A DNA stretch of 64,000 nucleotides from Schizochytrium sp. TIO01 (Eukaryota; Protista; Bigyra: Labyrinthulomycetes), in contig SMSO01000032.1 of NCBI GenBank assembly GCA_004764695.1, positions 2,418,001 to 2,482,000 of the forward strand, read 5' to 3'. A program made the position numbers and the translations under genes. A model generated the notes under the pieces. The model saw only the letters and a list, made by a program, of their open reading frames with translations, had not been told where the DNA came from and ran no database searches. This document shows positions 22,677 to 35,360 of the stretch, piece after piece. Numbering within the stretch: the stretch's first letter is position 1; each line of letters opens with the position of its first letter.

Positions 22677-25600
22677 ATCTTCGTTTTGTTTCCGAGATGA
22701 ACTCTCAATTCACGCTTAGCTGACATTCGATTAGCGCGTGAAGCTGCTTTAGCGTATTCTCAGGAAAGGTTGGATGATCGTATTTCCTTTTATGATCGGC
22801 CTTTGCAGACCGACCTGTAGGTTCGCAGTCCCACGCAAGCACTGTCACAAGAATCACACTTTCATGTCCATACACCGTACTAGCAGCTATATTAGTACTC
22901 CTTCAAGTTCTTTATCAACATCATTTCCATAATGATGTGCTCCTAAATCTCTCTGGGGCTTTCGGGTTTTCACAATTTCTCTCTATAAATCCCAAAAATC
23001 AAATTTATCATTTTTCACACACCAACTTCAATGAGCACTTTAAATAATTTGCAGTTCCTGAATGGATTTTTTAAGTATAACCAATCATCTATGCCACAGT
23101 AAAGCTAGCTGGCTCAAACTTAACCATTTTTTTTCTTCTTCTATAGCACATACAATTTCGCTTTTCTTGACTACTGTGTTATGTGTGTTTTTGTAATCCC
23201 ACACGAAAGAAAAAGAACCGTTGAAAGCAAAGTATGATTTTTAAAAGAATTATGGTGAAGAGTAAATCAAGGCAACTTGAAGGTTGAAATTTGAAATCTA
23301 AGATACATGATTCCTTCTCCTATTGATTTCTGCGCATATTGTTCTTTGCTCTTGAGAAGTTCGAGTGAGTTCCATATAATTAATCAGTGACTGGATACGA
23401 GCGATATAGACTTTGAAATTTTTGCGGACCGAGGCAAATGTTCTTGAAAAAAGAATTTCCGGTCTAGCTCTGTTCTAGCATTTCCGCGTCATCCTCTATC
23501 TATACTAAAAAAAGAAGAAGAGGAAAATATTGATCATTTCTCGAGGTTCCGCTGAGGTCCCTGCACCGTTGAACATGCTGGGTAGGTGAGGGAGAGTGGT
23601 ATTATAGATAATTTCCATGTAGTTGTGCGTAAACATGGTGAATGCCAATCCATGATTTGTTTTCAATATAGCTGGAATCGGTCGGTCCTTAGATTTACCC
23701 TCAAATTGTCCCACCCCCCGTCTAATATTAAACACTCCAAATCGCGCGGCCTTGAAACAAAACCAAAAGTGCTCCACAAAGCAATGGATATACGTTTGAG
23801 TATCAGATGTTTAGCGCAGGCAAATTCAACAGGCTTATATCTTAGGTAGCTCTTAGAGCGCATCACATCGTCCACAGAGTCGTCCGAGCCCCACTCGTCT
23901 TTCGTTCACCGACCTGCTTGTCAATTTGAACGCCTGCCAAAGGTATAATTGAGCGGCCTCGCAGCCATTCGTGAGTCGTTCTGTTCGACCGCTTTGGCGG
24001 CCAGTCGGCACTCGGCAACGACCAAAGGGTCAGGAGAGATGTTACCCAACCAGCTCAAAGGGATCAAAGATTGTCTGTCCAAGGTCGTTATCCTTCCCCA
24101 ATCTTCAGTTACGTTGGAGCGGAAAGGAAACGAAGAAGGAAAAAAGAATATAGGATTAGAGAAAGAAAGAAGGAGAGAGAGAGAGAGAGAGGAAAAAAGA
24201 AAAAAGGAAGAAAAGAAAAGGAAAGAGAACTTGTGTGCTGTCTCCTTGCCACAGATTAGGAGTCATGCGCCGCCATCTTGTTTCTTTTTCTTGAGGCGAA
24301 CTCCTGTAGAAGCTAGCTGATATTGGCGCTGACGAATCGCATTGCGTGGATGCGCTTTGTCGTGCGTGTATGGTGAACCAACCCGTGGTCGGCCGCAATC
24401 CAATCCAATAATTAACTGCTGAAGTGCTGGTCAGGTCTGATACGCTCTCTTCTCTCTAAGCCCTTTGTATTTTTAATTTTTATAGGTCTATTTATTTATA
24501 GAAAGAGAAAAAGACAATCATCATCGATGAAATCAACCAAAAAACGCAGTGAAGGATTTGCTTCTAAGGCGTCATATGATAGGTCGATTGGCTCTTGAAT
24601 TGCCCACCAACATGCTGCATTTAAGGGGTTTGCCAGCTTTTGCTGCTTTCGTCGAAAGATCTCATGGTGGAGACGAAGATTCAATGGAGGAGCAGCATTG
24701 TCCAGCAAAGACTTTTAGCCAAGGTGAACAGAATATTGAAAAGCGACTTGGTTTAGAGCAACGGCCGGACGAGACCATGACGAGTAAGTCATCGGCGATC
24801 GTAGCTCTCGACAACCAAACATACACATAAATCAAATGCAGAATACACTCGATACGCTTCACAGACTGTTGTCAACTACCAGCGGGGTGGCACGCTTACA
24901 CACATACACTCATCTATTTTCACGGAATGAACTTAGTTGAAGTGAAATGAAATGAATCGAAGGGAGATGAAACCTCTGATGTGTACTATAGTAAACAAAC
25001 CGAGGACGGGTGCTTGCTCACAGCTGTAGGTAACGTATGATTTTCGCCAGAAGGTAAAAACTAACAGTCCATGATATGGAAACAGTCTTGCGAGGAGCTT
25101 TGGACCATTGAAGGATATCAGAATCTGCAACAACGACCCTGCTTCAGATGGAAGTTGTAGTTGTTCATACAAAGTCCAAAGAACCGTAAGGTTTTGGCTC
25201 TTTATTTTAAAAAAATAAAAAATAAAAATAGAATAAATCCATACTAAGTTGAGATTTTGCTTTTTACTTAGAAATTAGATCTACATATGAAAAAGGCATA
25301 ATCATTTGGCCTTCCTTCCAAGGCGTCACCTGAACTTTCGTTTAAAATAAATACGTCCCTTACTCTAGCAAAAGGTTCTGCAAGTTTCTGATCTCGAGCA
25401 GATCAAGATCAAGGCGGTGCGCGGTAGTATCATCGAAAGCAGAATCTACAGACACTCAAGCATCTAGCGCATGTCTCTGGCGTTAGAGGCTCCAGAAACT
25501 GTTTCATACGGTCTTTTTCTACTTAAAAAATCGTTATATTAAAATAAAATAAAATATATATGTATATATATATAATGGGTACGTGGGTAGGTACCGAGTA

Positions 25601-25887
25601 CCCGGCCAAGCGAGTAAAAAATATGGAAAGTAAGTAAGTAAGTAGGTACCCACTTACTTTGGATCGCGTTGTGAACCAGGTCATTTGCTCTCCAGCAAAA
25701 CCAGAACTTACGCTCATTCTCACTGCCCCGTGTACAAGTTGAGTTCGTTGTGGCCAAGGACGCGCGAAAACCGCAGTGGTACAGTAGATCCATAAAGAAA
25801 AGATCGGGTACTGGTATTTATACCGGTTTGTTTGGGCAGAACTGACTTGCGAGGTTCTTGGAGAAGACAGCGAGAGCACCAAATAAG

Positions 25888-27282
25888 ATGGGTTGTGCGC
25901 AAAGCGTAAAGAAGTCCTCGGAGCCAGCTGCGGCTCCTGCAGCTCCTGCAGCCGCACCTGCGGCTGCTGCCACTGATGCTGCCGCTCCAGCTGCGTCAGC
26001 TCCTACTGCAGAAAGTACTTCGACAAGCAAGCCTGAAACCCAAGGCGTACCTCATGTTGTAATTCTTGGAGCAGGGTTTGGTGGCCTTTACGCAGCGCAA
26101 GCTTTGGGCGAGGATGTTGAAAACGGTCGTGTTAAGATTACCCTGATTGACAGCCACTCTAACTTCATGATCAAGGCTTGTTTGCAGTTTATTCTCGACC
26201 ACCGCAAGACCGCAGAACAATGCACGCACGAGCTCAAGGATGCCAAAATCAGCAGCAAGATCCGCCAGTGCTTTGGCTATACTGCTACCAAGATCGACAC
26301 TAATGGAAAGACTGTGGACATCGCCAAAGGCGACGAGAAGGAAACCGTATCATTTGACTACCTCATTGTTGGAACGGGTGTAGTCAGTGATCCGTCGAGC
26401 GTCCCTGGACTGGCCGATACTATGTTGGACATTTGTAATCCGGAGAGCCCTGCTAAGATTCGTGACGCCATTCAAGCTGTGCCTGATGGCGGTACTGTCC
26501 TGGTTACCACTGCAGCAATGCCTTACAAGTGCCCTCCTGTGCCCTTTGAGTACGCTTTTCTGGTTGATGAAATGCTCCGCAAACGCGGTGTTCGAGACAG
26601 TGTTTCGATCATTATCACATCTCCAATGGCACCCTTCCCTTTTGGGGGCCCGGTCCCCAAGAAGGTGTTTTTGGCTGCCTGCGAGGAGAAGAAGATCGAG
26701 TTCCGTGCAGGAATCAGGCCCACCAAGATTCGCTCGGATGATCACGTAGTTGTTTTCGAGCCCACTGAAGGTGGCGAAGCTACCGAAGTCCAGTTTGATG
26801 CCCTCATTGGAACCTACCCGCAACGCGCCCCGGACGTAGTAATTGATTCTGGTATGTGTAACCCGAAGGGGTTTGTTCCCGTTGATCTTATTACAATGGA
26901 ATCAAAGATCCCTGGTGTGTTTTGCGTTGGAGATTCAAGCCACATGATGCTTCCTACTGAACCGCCCAAGCCGCACCCTAAGTCAGGCATCTTTGCTGCT
27001 ATTGCTGGCACAAATGCTGGCACAATGATCAGTGCACTTGTTGCTGGGGACTCCGCCGATGTGGCTCGTGAGAAGGTGAGCAAGACACGTCAGGCACGCT
27101 GCTTTGCGGAGACAGGTGACGGTTTAGGAATTATGATTGAGCCGAAGCTTCTTGCGGATGATGATGGCCCAGCTGGATTTGGCTGCGAGGGCCCTACCGA
27201 GGAATGGGGTGCCGCGAAGATGACATGGCTTGCCGAGGTTGAGACAGAGCTCTTTGGTTCCTCAACTTTTGGCAAGGCTTAA
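25888..27282 (+). CDS. sqr: SQR-like flavoprotein, copy 2, with MGCAQS N-terminus and Ala/Pro linker
   Basis: ILGAGFGG, FDYLIVGTG, LDICNPE, YKCPPVPFEY, VFCVGD, PKSGIFA, ARCFAETGDG. Colinear paralogue of 21384-22676. Confidence 0.8.
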   Translation: MGCAQSVKKSSEPAAAPAAPAAAPAAAATDAAAPAASAPTAESTSTSKPETQGVPHVVILGAGFGGLYAAQALGEDVENGRVKITLIDSHSNFMIKACLQFILDHRKTAEQCTHELKDAKISSKIRQCFGYTATKIDTNGKTVDIAKGDEKETVSFDYLIVGTGVVSDPSSVPGLADTMLDICNPESPAKIRDAIQAVPDGGTVLVTTAAMPYKCPPVPFEYAFLVDEMLRKRGVRDSVSIIITSPMAPFPFGGPVPKKVFLAACEEKKIEFRAGIRPTKIRSDDHVVVFEPTEGGEATEVQFDALIGTYPQRAPDVVIDSGMCNPKGFVPVDLITMESKIPGVFCVGDSSHMMLPTEPPKPHPKSGIFAAIAGTNAGTMISALVAGDSADVAREKVSKTRQARCFAETGDGLGIMIEPKLLADDDGPAGFGCEGPTEEWGAAKMTWLAEVETELFGSSTFGKA

Positions 27283-30200
27283 ATATTCATCTTTCCAGAT
27301 TTGCCACCTTCGTTCTTGTAGTAGGCTTTTGTGTGAAGGAAAACAAAACAAAACATTAGTAGCTCTATTCCTTCGCGTATCCTTTTTGATTAAATGCTTC
27401 TTCTCTATATAATCATGATATATTGTGTCAATCTACCAGGTCTCCATAATTTTTACAAATTCTCTTTAAGATACGTTGAATTTGTGTGTAGGTCTATAGA
27501 ACTAGTTTTCTACGCCACTGCAATTAGCGTATCAATTCACCATGTATCATTCGATTACAACAATCTTGCTTGTATATATTAGAAAAAAAAAGGGGGGGGA
27601 AAGACCATTACAAAGCCTTTTCGCAATGCTGAAACATGAGCAGTACCGTAAGCAGCACTTTTCATAGGCATGAGCAACCATCGTAAGGAGCAATGTTTTT
27701 ACTATATTGTGCATTCCAAAGTAAGCTTTTCAAGTCTGTTCTGAAGGATAGAAATACTCATCAACCTTGTATATTCTGTTTGCTAAATTTAGGGCGCGAG
27801 AAACATGATCATGAGCATAACCTGTAATGTATCACACTTACAGGTTACCACAAAAGGGCATGACGAAAACTTTAAGGTTTTTTAACAATTGGATCTTACA
27901 TGAAATATATAACTTTTTACATTTGGACTATCCCATGCAAACTAATACTCGTTCTAAGGAAATATCTGAAAGAAATGATATTAAAGATGATGGCTGTCTT
28001 CGTTGGCGGGGTTCTTCGTTAATTTACTTTGCAGAACAATACAAATAAGAGCCTTTCTCAACACAGGTTGACTAGAAAGTGCACTCATAAATTCAAGGTA
28101 GAACGGTATGATGTTTGCAAGGCTTGCGAGGTGCAAAGACTAAGGGGGGGGTTGTTATTAAAACTAAACCAAGAAGTACTCCACATCAATACATGCACGG
28201 CATCATTTGTACAGCGTATGGCTATTTGAGACAAATTTTGCTTTCCATTCCTTCCATCATTTTATTTTCTGGACTTGTGAGTTAGATGCAGAGCAATATG
28301 CTTTTAGTATCAGAACAGGATGCCGATCGATTTGAGCATGGAATGAAGGTTATGCCTATACTTGAGTTCTCAACTAAGTTAAATGCACATATTTTGATTG
28401 AGAATGCATAGATGCGAGCTGATGAACTGCACAAAAATTATACGATTTCCTTTTCTCAAAAATCACAATGATAACGTGACGCTAAAATATTAACAGCATG
28501 GATATCCTGATACAGCAATAGTGCATATACCATCAAATTCTACTTTATCATCAAAATCAACATTTGACGGTGACAAATCTGCCTTCCACAGAACTTCACA
28601 CGCAAAATTTCCACACCTTACTATCTAGTAGTCGTCATTACCTATCTTACATATCATACATAACACTGTTGCTCTTTGTATCATTTTTTTTTTTCCCAGC
28701 CCATAAGTATCTATCCAGTCTGATGCTGCTACAACCACGATATGAAACATTGGTTGTTTCGTGAGCTCAAATTCCAGAAGCTACATCTTGCTTACCCAAA
28801 ACCCCTCCTGTCCAATCAAGCCATTTCAATCTAACCGTGACTCAAAACCCTTCTTCTCCTCTACCATAGCTACTAGCTAGCTCCTCTGATTCAACATCAG
28901 CATCAAGGTAGTTGAATACTTATTCTCCATCCCTACTATCATACAATGTGCAATGTGCACCACCACGCAATCTGTTCATTGTCTCTTCCACCCATCCATT
29001 TACTACCCTGGAAACCCGTCTCCATGTAACGGGCCGTTTCAAAACCAGCGTTCCTGCAGGTTCCAATTCCTCTCCTCCACCCAATCTCTCGCAGCCGCAA
29101 GACATGATTCCCCGTGTTCTCATGACCTAGGTGCCTCTTTCTTGCTCAGAAAAGCAAATCAGCGATCAAATCCACAACTAGCTCTGGGCTCGATCCCGCG
29201 TGCCACGGCACCGGGCAGCCCGAGCTGCAACGTCTGCAGGCTGGTTTGTGTGGCGCTAGACTTACTCTACTGTGAGCTCGAGCGCCCCGCCAGCCTGCAG
29301 ACACTTCTCTGCTCATAACGAGGAGATGGCGATGAGGTAAGTCAAGAATAGCCTCAAGACCAAATCGCAGCTCTTGACAAAAGGTTGCGACTTTGGAACG
29401 GGGATGAAGGACAATAAGCAAAGCTTTCACAGGATGTGATGTGATTTGCTTCTGAGAAAAGGAGATTCGTTTTGTTGCAAACGTCCTCCTCTGCACACCA
29501 AGCCGGCCGTCTAGATTTCTTTACCTCGGTAAGGAGATGTGAAATGGCGGTGACCATAGCCAATTTTTTTTGCTGAGTCAAGTGCAACATAGATGCAGTG
29601 TTGGGCGCTTTTGAGGACTGCTTGTTTTCCATCGAGCATGACTCGTGCGTCTAACCCGCAGATATTCAAACCAAACCTGTCCTATTCAAGAACACTGGAA
29701 GCACTAGCTGTACAAACAACAAACTGTGAACATGCACTTCACATGTTAAACGATATAGAATCCCACATTAAGGAGGATACGCCTGTTTTTCTGTGAGGCC
29801 GTGTCCCTGGACACTTGTGGGAAAGTAAATGGCGTGTTAACTTTTTGAGGACATGATGGGCTACACGTTCTGTTTACGTTCTGTAAGCAAATGGATGTGT
29901 GGCATTCAACTATTGTGAAACTCGACTAGGGCGCACTGCCGAGACGAGCCTTAAGGCCACAGCCATTGTCCGTTGGTTGTTTTCCGGGTCATACTCGTCA
30001 GACATCCCAAGTGCATTTCTATTTGCTGTAGTACACCAGCAGACAGGATCCAGTTATTCATTGATTTAGGATGGGGCGTGTGGGGTTGGAAAGGAGAGAG
30101 ATGTGATGAACATGAAGAGGTAGATGACGATATATAGATGTCATGCACCACGCTGAATGGCAAGATCCAAATTTTTGGTTTCTTGAGCTGTAGATAATTC

Positions 30201-31520
30201 ATCTCACCCATTATCTGATACTTCATTAAGTATGCCAAGGTACACAATATATACCATTCTTTCATGCTTGGTTATTAGGCGGTACGGCACCCGAGAGAGA
30301 AATTGAAATGAAATTTGTGTGCAGTTTCAGCAGAGCTGCAACAAAGCCCAAGTCCTGTGACGATATCTATACACGACGGTCTTCTGAGCGACTCCAGCTC
30401 ACTATATTGTCGCGCTTCCTGATGAACTGTGTGTTTCAGAGGACTTTTGCTTTATGCCACATTATTTCAATTCACCAAGGGTTTTTCCGATCGAAAATAC
30501 TGATCCGCAGATCACAGCAGGTTGTCTTGCGGTGTCAACCATCTGTTCTCGCATTTATGGGGTGGGTGTTCATGGTTCGGGAGAATCTCAAGTTCAATTA
30601 TACTAACTTTGTAGTGACACTTGTCAATTTTGCCATACAGACGATCAGTCTTATTAAGCAGTCCTTCACTATCTTCCTAGGAGCAGATCTTGATTCCACA
30701 TTAGTCTGCTCTTTGAGCTTTCTTTTCTATGGTCATATCAGGAAGCATTGAATGCGTAAGTATTATTTCGATGGTTAACGAAGATCTTCTCGTGAAACAT
30801 TTATTTCCAGTGACGTGGTAGAGCTATTGCGGTGAGATTAGAGAACCACACAGCTTTTGTCTGCGTGTGTTCACTCCAGGGAGGAACGACATACTTGCTA
30901 CTCTTGATGTCTATGATGACACTCTAATCACCAAGATCTCTGAGGAGTTCGTAGTTCTCACCGCCCTGCTCCCGCTCACTCAATTATATATTGAGTCCTC
31001 ATGAAATATTGTTTTAAAATTTATGGCTTGGAGAAAGAAAACGAAGGTTGCGAGCATTGATGAAACTGTTGGATGTTAAAATAATCTCGTTGACGGGTCT
31101 CGGCTCATTGAAAATATTGTCCAATGCTGCTATCCTACTGAGCTCAAAACATCTATTTATTTTAGATGTTTATGCGCCTTTCTTTTCTTCAAGTCATTGT
31201 TGCAGGGTGTTTCACTAGTTGTTTGAATGGAATGATGTCCCAGATTGGATGATAGCTAACTGTTATGTCGGTTCAATCGTTTATGATTATACAGGCTGAA
31301 GTCTTGATCTAGATTAGATACATATTTTTTTATTTAAACTTTATACAGAGCTGTATTCTATTTCTATCTGCCTTTCTCTATCGTCTAGTTGTATGTTGAT
31401 GCGCTTTCATTTGTTGTTCCTATTTGTTTTAACTTTCCTGTTTGCTTGTTTTTTTGGACGTACTGCTTTGCTGTACTATTTATGTTATTTCTTACATATT
31501 TGCAAAATAGAACGGAGACT

Positions 31521-32387
31521 ATGTTAGAGGAAAATGAAAATAATGGAAGACACCCGCAGAGACCCAAAACGGCAAGCTTGTTTGATTTGTTGCGTGAAGC
31601 AAAGGCAAGTATGCCAAGCTTGGAGGCCGAGATCATCTTGCGGGATATAGAAGGTGATGGTTTCCATCGTACTCTTCTAACAGGTGTACGGGCTTCTGTT
31701 CCCTGGGCTGTACGAGACTTAAGTGCTGGGAAGACTGACATTGAACCTAGTCAGAGGGTGCTTGCTGGTGATGGCTCGCCTTGCGTAGTTGCAGTCGTGG
31801 AGTCTATGCCGCGCGAGGTCTATGTAGACTTCGACGAAGCCAAAGAACAGAGACGTTTTCAAGTAAGTGGGGTCCCACTTGTAGTTGGCGTGGGTTTCGA
31901 TGGTGGTATCGATGTGGAAAAGCCTGCAGAGGTTTCAATCCCCTTCAAGATTTCTCAAATTTCTACAAACGTCACGCTTGAAAGTGCTAGCGCTGATGCG
32001 ATGATTTTGCACTCAGAGTTCAGGCTACCACTTCATTTTCGCTACCAGGCACCTGGTAATGAGGCGTTTGCTCCCGCAACTGTTCATCCTCCGATTGGCC
32101 TTTGGATTGGATGTCCTACTACTGGAGTGGGATCTTTGGGCAACGGGAAACCTAGTTTTCCACTAGACAGTGATCTGGCGGATTTAAACTGGATAAGTGT
32201 TCAGGGTGCTCCGCAAGGTCCCGGCGCTCATGATGTTACAGTTGAGATTCCTATTGGCATACTGTCCCAGGCTACAATGGTTCACAGCGTGACTGCTGTA
32301 GTGACAATGCTTGGCGCTCTCTTTCTGCTATGGATTACCCAAAAAGCATCACATAATAATCCTGAGTCTGAGAAGAAGTCCGAATGA
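31521..32387 (+). CDS. PIGX: PIG-X/PBN1, GPI mannosyltransferase I stabilising subunit; 5' exon(s) may be missing
   Basis: GDGFHRTL, ESMPREVYVDFDE, IDVEKPA, LPLHFRYQAP, VEIPIG followed by a C-terminal TM helix and a KKSE ER-retrieval (KKXX) end. A T-rich intron-like tract ending in AG at 31510 precedes it. Confidence 0.85.
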   Translation: MLEENENNGRHPQRPKTASLFDLLREAKASMPSLEAEIILRDIEGDGFHRTLLTGVRASVPWAVRDLSAGKTDIEPSQRVLAGDGSPCVVAVVESMPREVYVDFDEAKEQRRFQVSGVPLVVGVGFDGGIDVEKPAEVSIPFKISQISTNVTLESASADAMILHSEFRLPLHFRYQAPGNEAFAPATVHPPIGLWIGCPTTGVGSLGNGKPSFPLDSDLADLNWISVQGAPQGPGAHDVTVEIPIGILSQATMVHSVTAVVTMLGALFLLWITQKASHNNPESEKKSE

Positions 32388-33071
32388 TAATGCCCACCAT
32401 ATGCGAAGAAATATACAACATAGAAGTATGGAGTTGCTGTGACCTCTTTTTTGATGAACAAGTTCATTGAGGAGATCATAATTGTACAGTCATGTTAATA
32501 ATATGTAGAAACAACATAACCGCAGAGATGATGGACAGACTGTGAGGTCCGCCATTTTGCCTGCACAAGTCTTGACCTAAAATAGGATATTATTGAAATA
32601 AAGGGGAGCTGTAGTTTGCGACGCATGTATAAATTTGTTGTCATTTTCGAGTATGTATTTTATAACTATGCAATGTGAAGTAGTGGTATTTTGTCATGAT
32701 GCTCGTTTAAGCGAACGCAAATGCATGGATGCTTTCGAAGATGTTGAGTATGTTGGTAGAGAGTGGTAGTCATACGAGAGGAGGATAAAATGAGGGCGTG
32801 GTGCGTGCGCATTATAGTAAGCAGGCAGATAGGCAGGTTAGCAGATATGAAGGCAATAGAATAGCAAAGGAGGACGAAAAGGGGAGACCTTGAGAGGAAA
32901 AAGAATTTACTTCCCAAACATGGAAGCAGTTGGCAAACCAGAGGGAGCCTGGTTTATCCTTGCGTATCATAGTAAGAGACGTAGGTCTCCTGAGTCTACA
33001 AAAGAAAAAGAACAGTCCCATTGTAAGAGTTTGTGAAGAAATTGAAAATTTCGTTCGATGCACAACTCTGT

Positions 33072-34124
33072 TTATCTGCGGTCAAAACCTGAACGGCTCA
33101 TTGTGTCCTGGATACTAATGTGAGTTTCTGATTGATGAATTGCAGTCTGGGCGGGTGTCTTCGCATTCAATTCTGCCGCGGCAGCAGCAGCTGCAGAAGT
33201 CTTGTTGGCAAGAATGTTACTACCATGCTTGAGAGCACTGCTGATGGATAGATTGGCAAGCTTTTGCTCGAGAGAGATTGTTTCACCCTTGGAGGCGAGG
33301 AAGGATGCGTACCATGTGTAGGCACCCTTTACGCTGCCACCAGAGCTGGAGGAGAATCCACCATCTGTGCCAGACGAGGAGCTGCCTCCGGGGCTTGACG
33401 GGTAAAAGTCATGCGGACTTCCGGGCGGAGTTGAGCCAGGTGATCCTGTGGTACCATCTCCACCAGCACTACCACCACCATTGCCACCTCCAGAAGCAAA
33501 CTGGGCAACAGCATTGCCACCAAAGTTGCGGAGCAGAAGCTCGAGGTCACCCAGGACTGTCGAAAGCGCCTGGTGCGCCTGCACGAGCTGCATGGCATCC
33601 TCCTGCGTAAGCTGATGCGGATTGGAGAGCAGCATGAGAGTCTCAAAGGCAACATCATCTGCACCTTCCTTGATATACTGCGCGCTGGATTGCGGGAAGT
33701 ACTCGTACTTGACACTGACAGCATCATCCTCGGGAGCGCTAGCCTGCGGTGGTGTGGGTGGCTGAGGTGGTGCAGAATTATTTGTTTCTGCAGCTGCAGT
33801 AAGTTTCCGGAGCACGCCACGCGTGGCCATCCAGAGCGAGCCGCTCTGTTTAGGAAATGTTCGCTTCATGGTCTCATAGTCGAACGAGCACAGAAATTCT
33901 TTCACGGTGATATAATCCGCGTTATTGGCGTATCTTGCCTCGAGAGCTCTAAAGTTCGGGTCTTCGGGGTGTGCCGACTGGAGCCAAAGAAGGATATCGC
34001 GAAGGCCTTGCGTAGGACCGACTTCGGCGAGGCGGCCATGGTTTTCCGCAAGGTGTCTCACGACGCTACGTGCCAATTTAAGGTTGACATTGCGTCCATT
34101 CCACTGGAAAAGGACCTCAGCCAT
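33072..34124 (-). CDS. Hypothetical protein, 350 aa (helical N-terminal region, Gly/Ser/Pro-rich middle)
   Basis: ATG-initiated long ORF with natural amino-acid composition; no family recognised. Confidence 0.65.
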   Translation of the reverse strand: MAEVLFQWNGRNVNLKLARSVVRHLAENHGRLAEVGPTQGLRDILLWLQSAHPEDPNFRALEARYANNADYITVKEFLCSFDYETMKRTFPKQSGSLWMATRGVLRKLTAAAETNNSAPPQPPTPPQASAPEDDAVSVKYEYFPQSSAQYIKEGADDVAFETLMLLSNPHQLTQEDAMQLVQAHQALSTVLGDLELLLRNFGGNAVAQFASGGGNGGGSAGGDGTTGSPGSTPPGSPHDFYPSSPGGSSSSGTDGGFSSSSGGSVKGAYTWYASFLASKGETISLEQKLANLSISSALKHGSNILANKTSAAAAAAAELNAKTPAQTAIHQSETHISIQDTMSRSGFDRR

Positions 34125-34721
34125 CTTGATTTCAAAGGTGAATCAGTAGCAAAACAAAATCTACACGAATCCAGAATTAAGAGGGGAGCTCACTCGTGAA
34201 GCAACAAGCAAATTTGAAGAAGAAGAAGAAGAAGTACTACTAGTAGTAATAGTACCTAAGTCCTACTTTTCTTCACGTGCAGCGGCAACAAAGACTCCAG
34301 GCGTGAGTGCACTCACTTAACTCCTCAATCAATAGAGCTGCAGCGTACAAGTACAGAATACCCGAAACGTTGCTGCTTTGCTGACGGTCTTGAGCTCGTC
34401 AGGTGAGAGCAAGCAACTCGAACGACCGGAAGATCTGTTTTGCGATCGAAGTGCAATTTCTTTCTTTCTAGTTTTCACGACTGTCTGTCTGTCTGTCTGT
34501 CAAATGAAGTTCCTCTTCACTCTCTCGCTTGCTCCGCGTGTACTCTGCTTCGAGGGACACGACAGGATGTAGGTGGACTTAAGGATGTAGTGTTCTCCTA
34601 AAGGGATATAGGTGTCGCGGACCGCGAGGCCTCGGCCTGGTGCACGGGACTCCGGATGGCGCGGAGCGACGGCGAGCCAGGCTGCGTTTGGATGAATTTG
34701 ATTTGCTTTTGCTTTGCTTTG

Positions 34722-34760
<39 letters not shown>

Positions 34761-34762
34761 TC
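34722..34762. repeat. (CTTT)n microsatellite
   Basis: Directly visible. Confidence 0.9.
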
Positions 34763-35154
34763 CCTAATATAACTTTTTAAAGTAGGATTAAAAACTTTAT
34801 TGGTTTAAATGGAAGATAAAAGAAACACTTTCATAAATAAATCCCTACTTTTCATGTATATAGGCAACTCTTGTATCCAATTAAATACATCTTTTTAGCA
34901 GGTGATAGGTATCATCATCAGCACTTACTACCCGGTAGTAAGTGCAAAAGCAAAACAAATAATTGATAATCGACAAGATAATTGACAAGAAACAAATACA
35001 CAGACCCAGCGGGTATCAGGTCCTTTCTTTCTGGACATTGCACAAGTCTGATCTGTCAAGCTTAGAGGCCTCTTCTTTTCTTTTCGAAGCCCAGCAATTA
35101 GTTTCTTTGGCTGGCCTCTCTCTTTTGGGGTGTTCGCTCCGTCTTGTGTTTGTA

Positions 35155-35360
35155 TGTTTGTTTGTTTGTTTGTTTGTTTGTTTGTTTGTTTGTTTGTTTG
35201 TTTGTTTGTTTGTTTGTTTGTTTGTTTGTTTGTTTGTTTGTTTGTTTGTTTGTTTGTTTGTTTGTTTGTTTGTTTGTTTGTTTGTTTGTTTGTTTGTTTG
35301 TTTGTTTGTTTGTTTGTTTGTTTGTTTGTTTGTTTGTTTGTTTGTTTGTTTGTTTGTTTG
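35155..35360. repeat. Perfect (TTTG)n microsatellite, ~51 units
   Basis: Directly visible; it generates the spurious FVCL/TNKQ ORFs. Confidence 0.98.
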
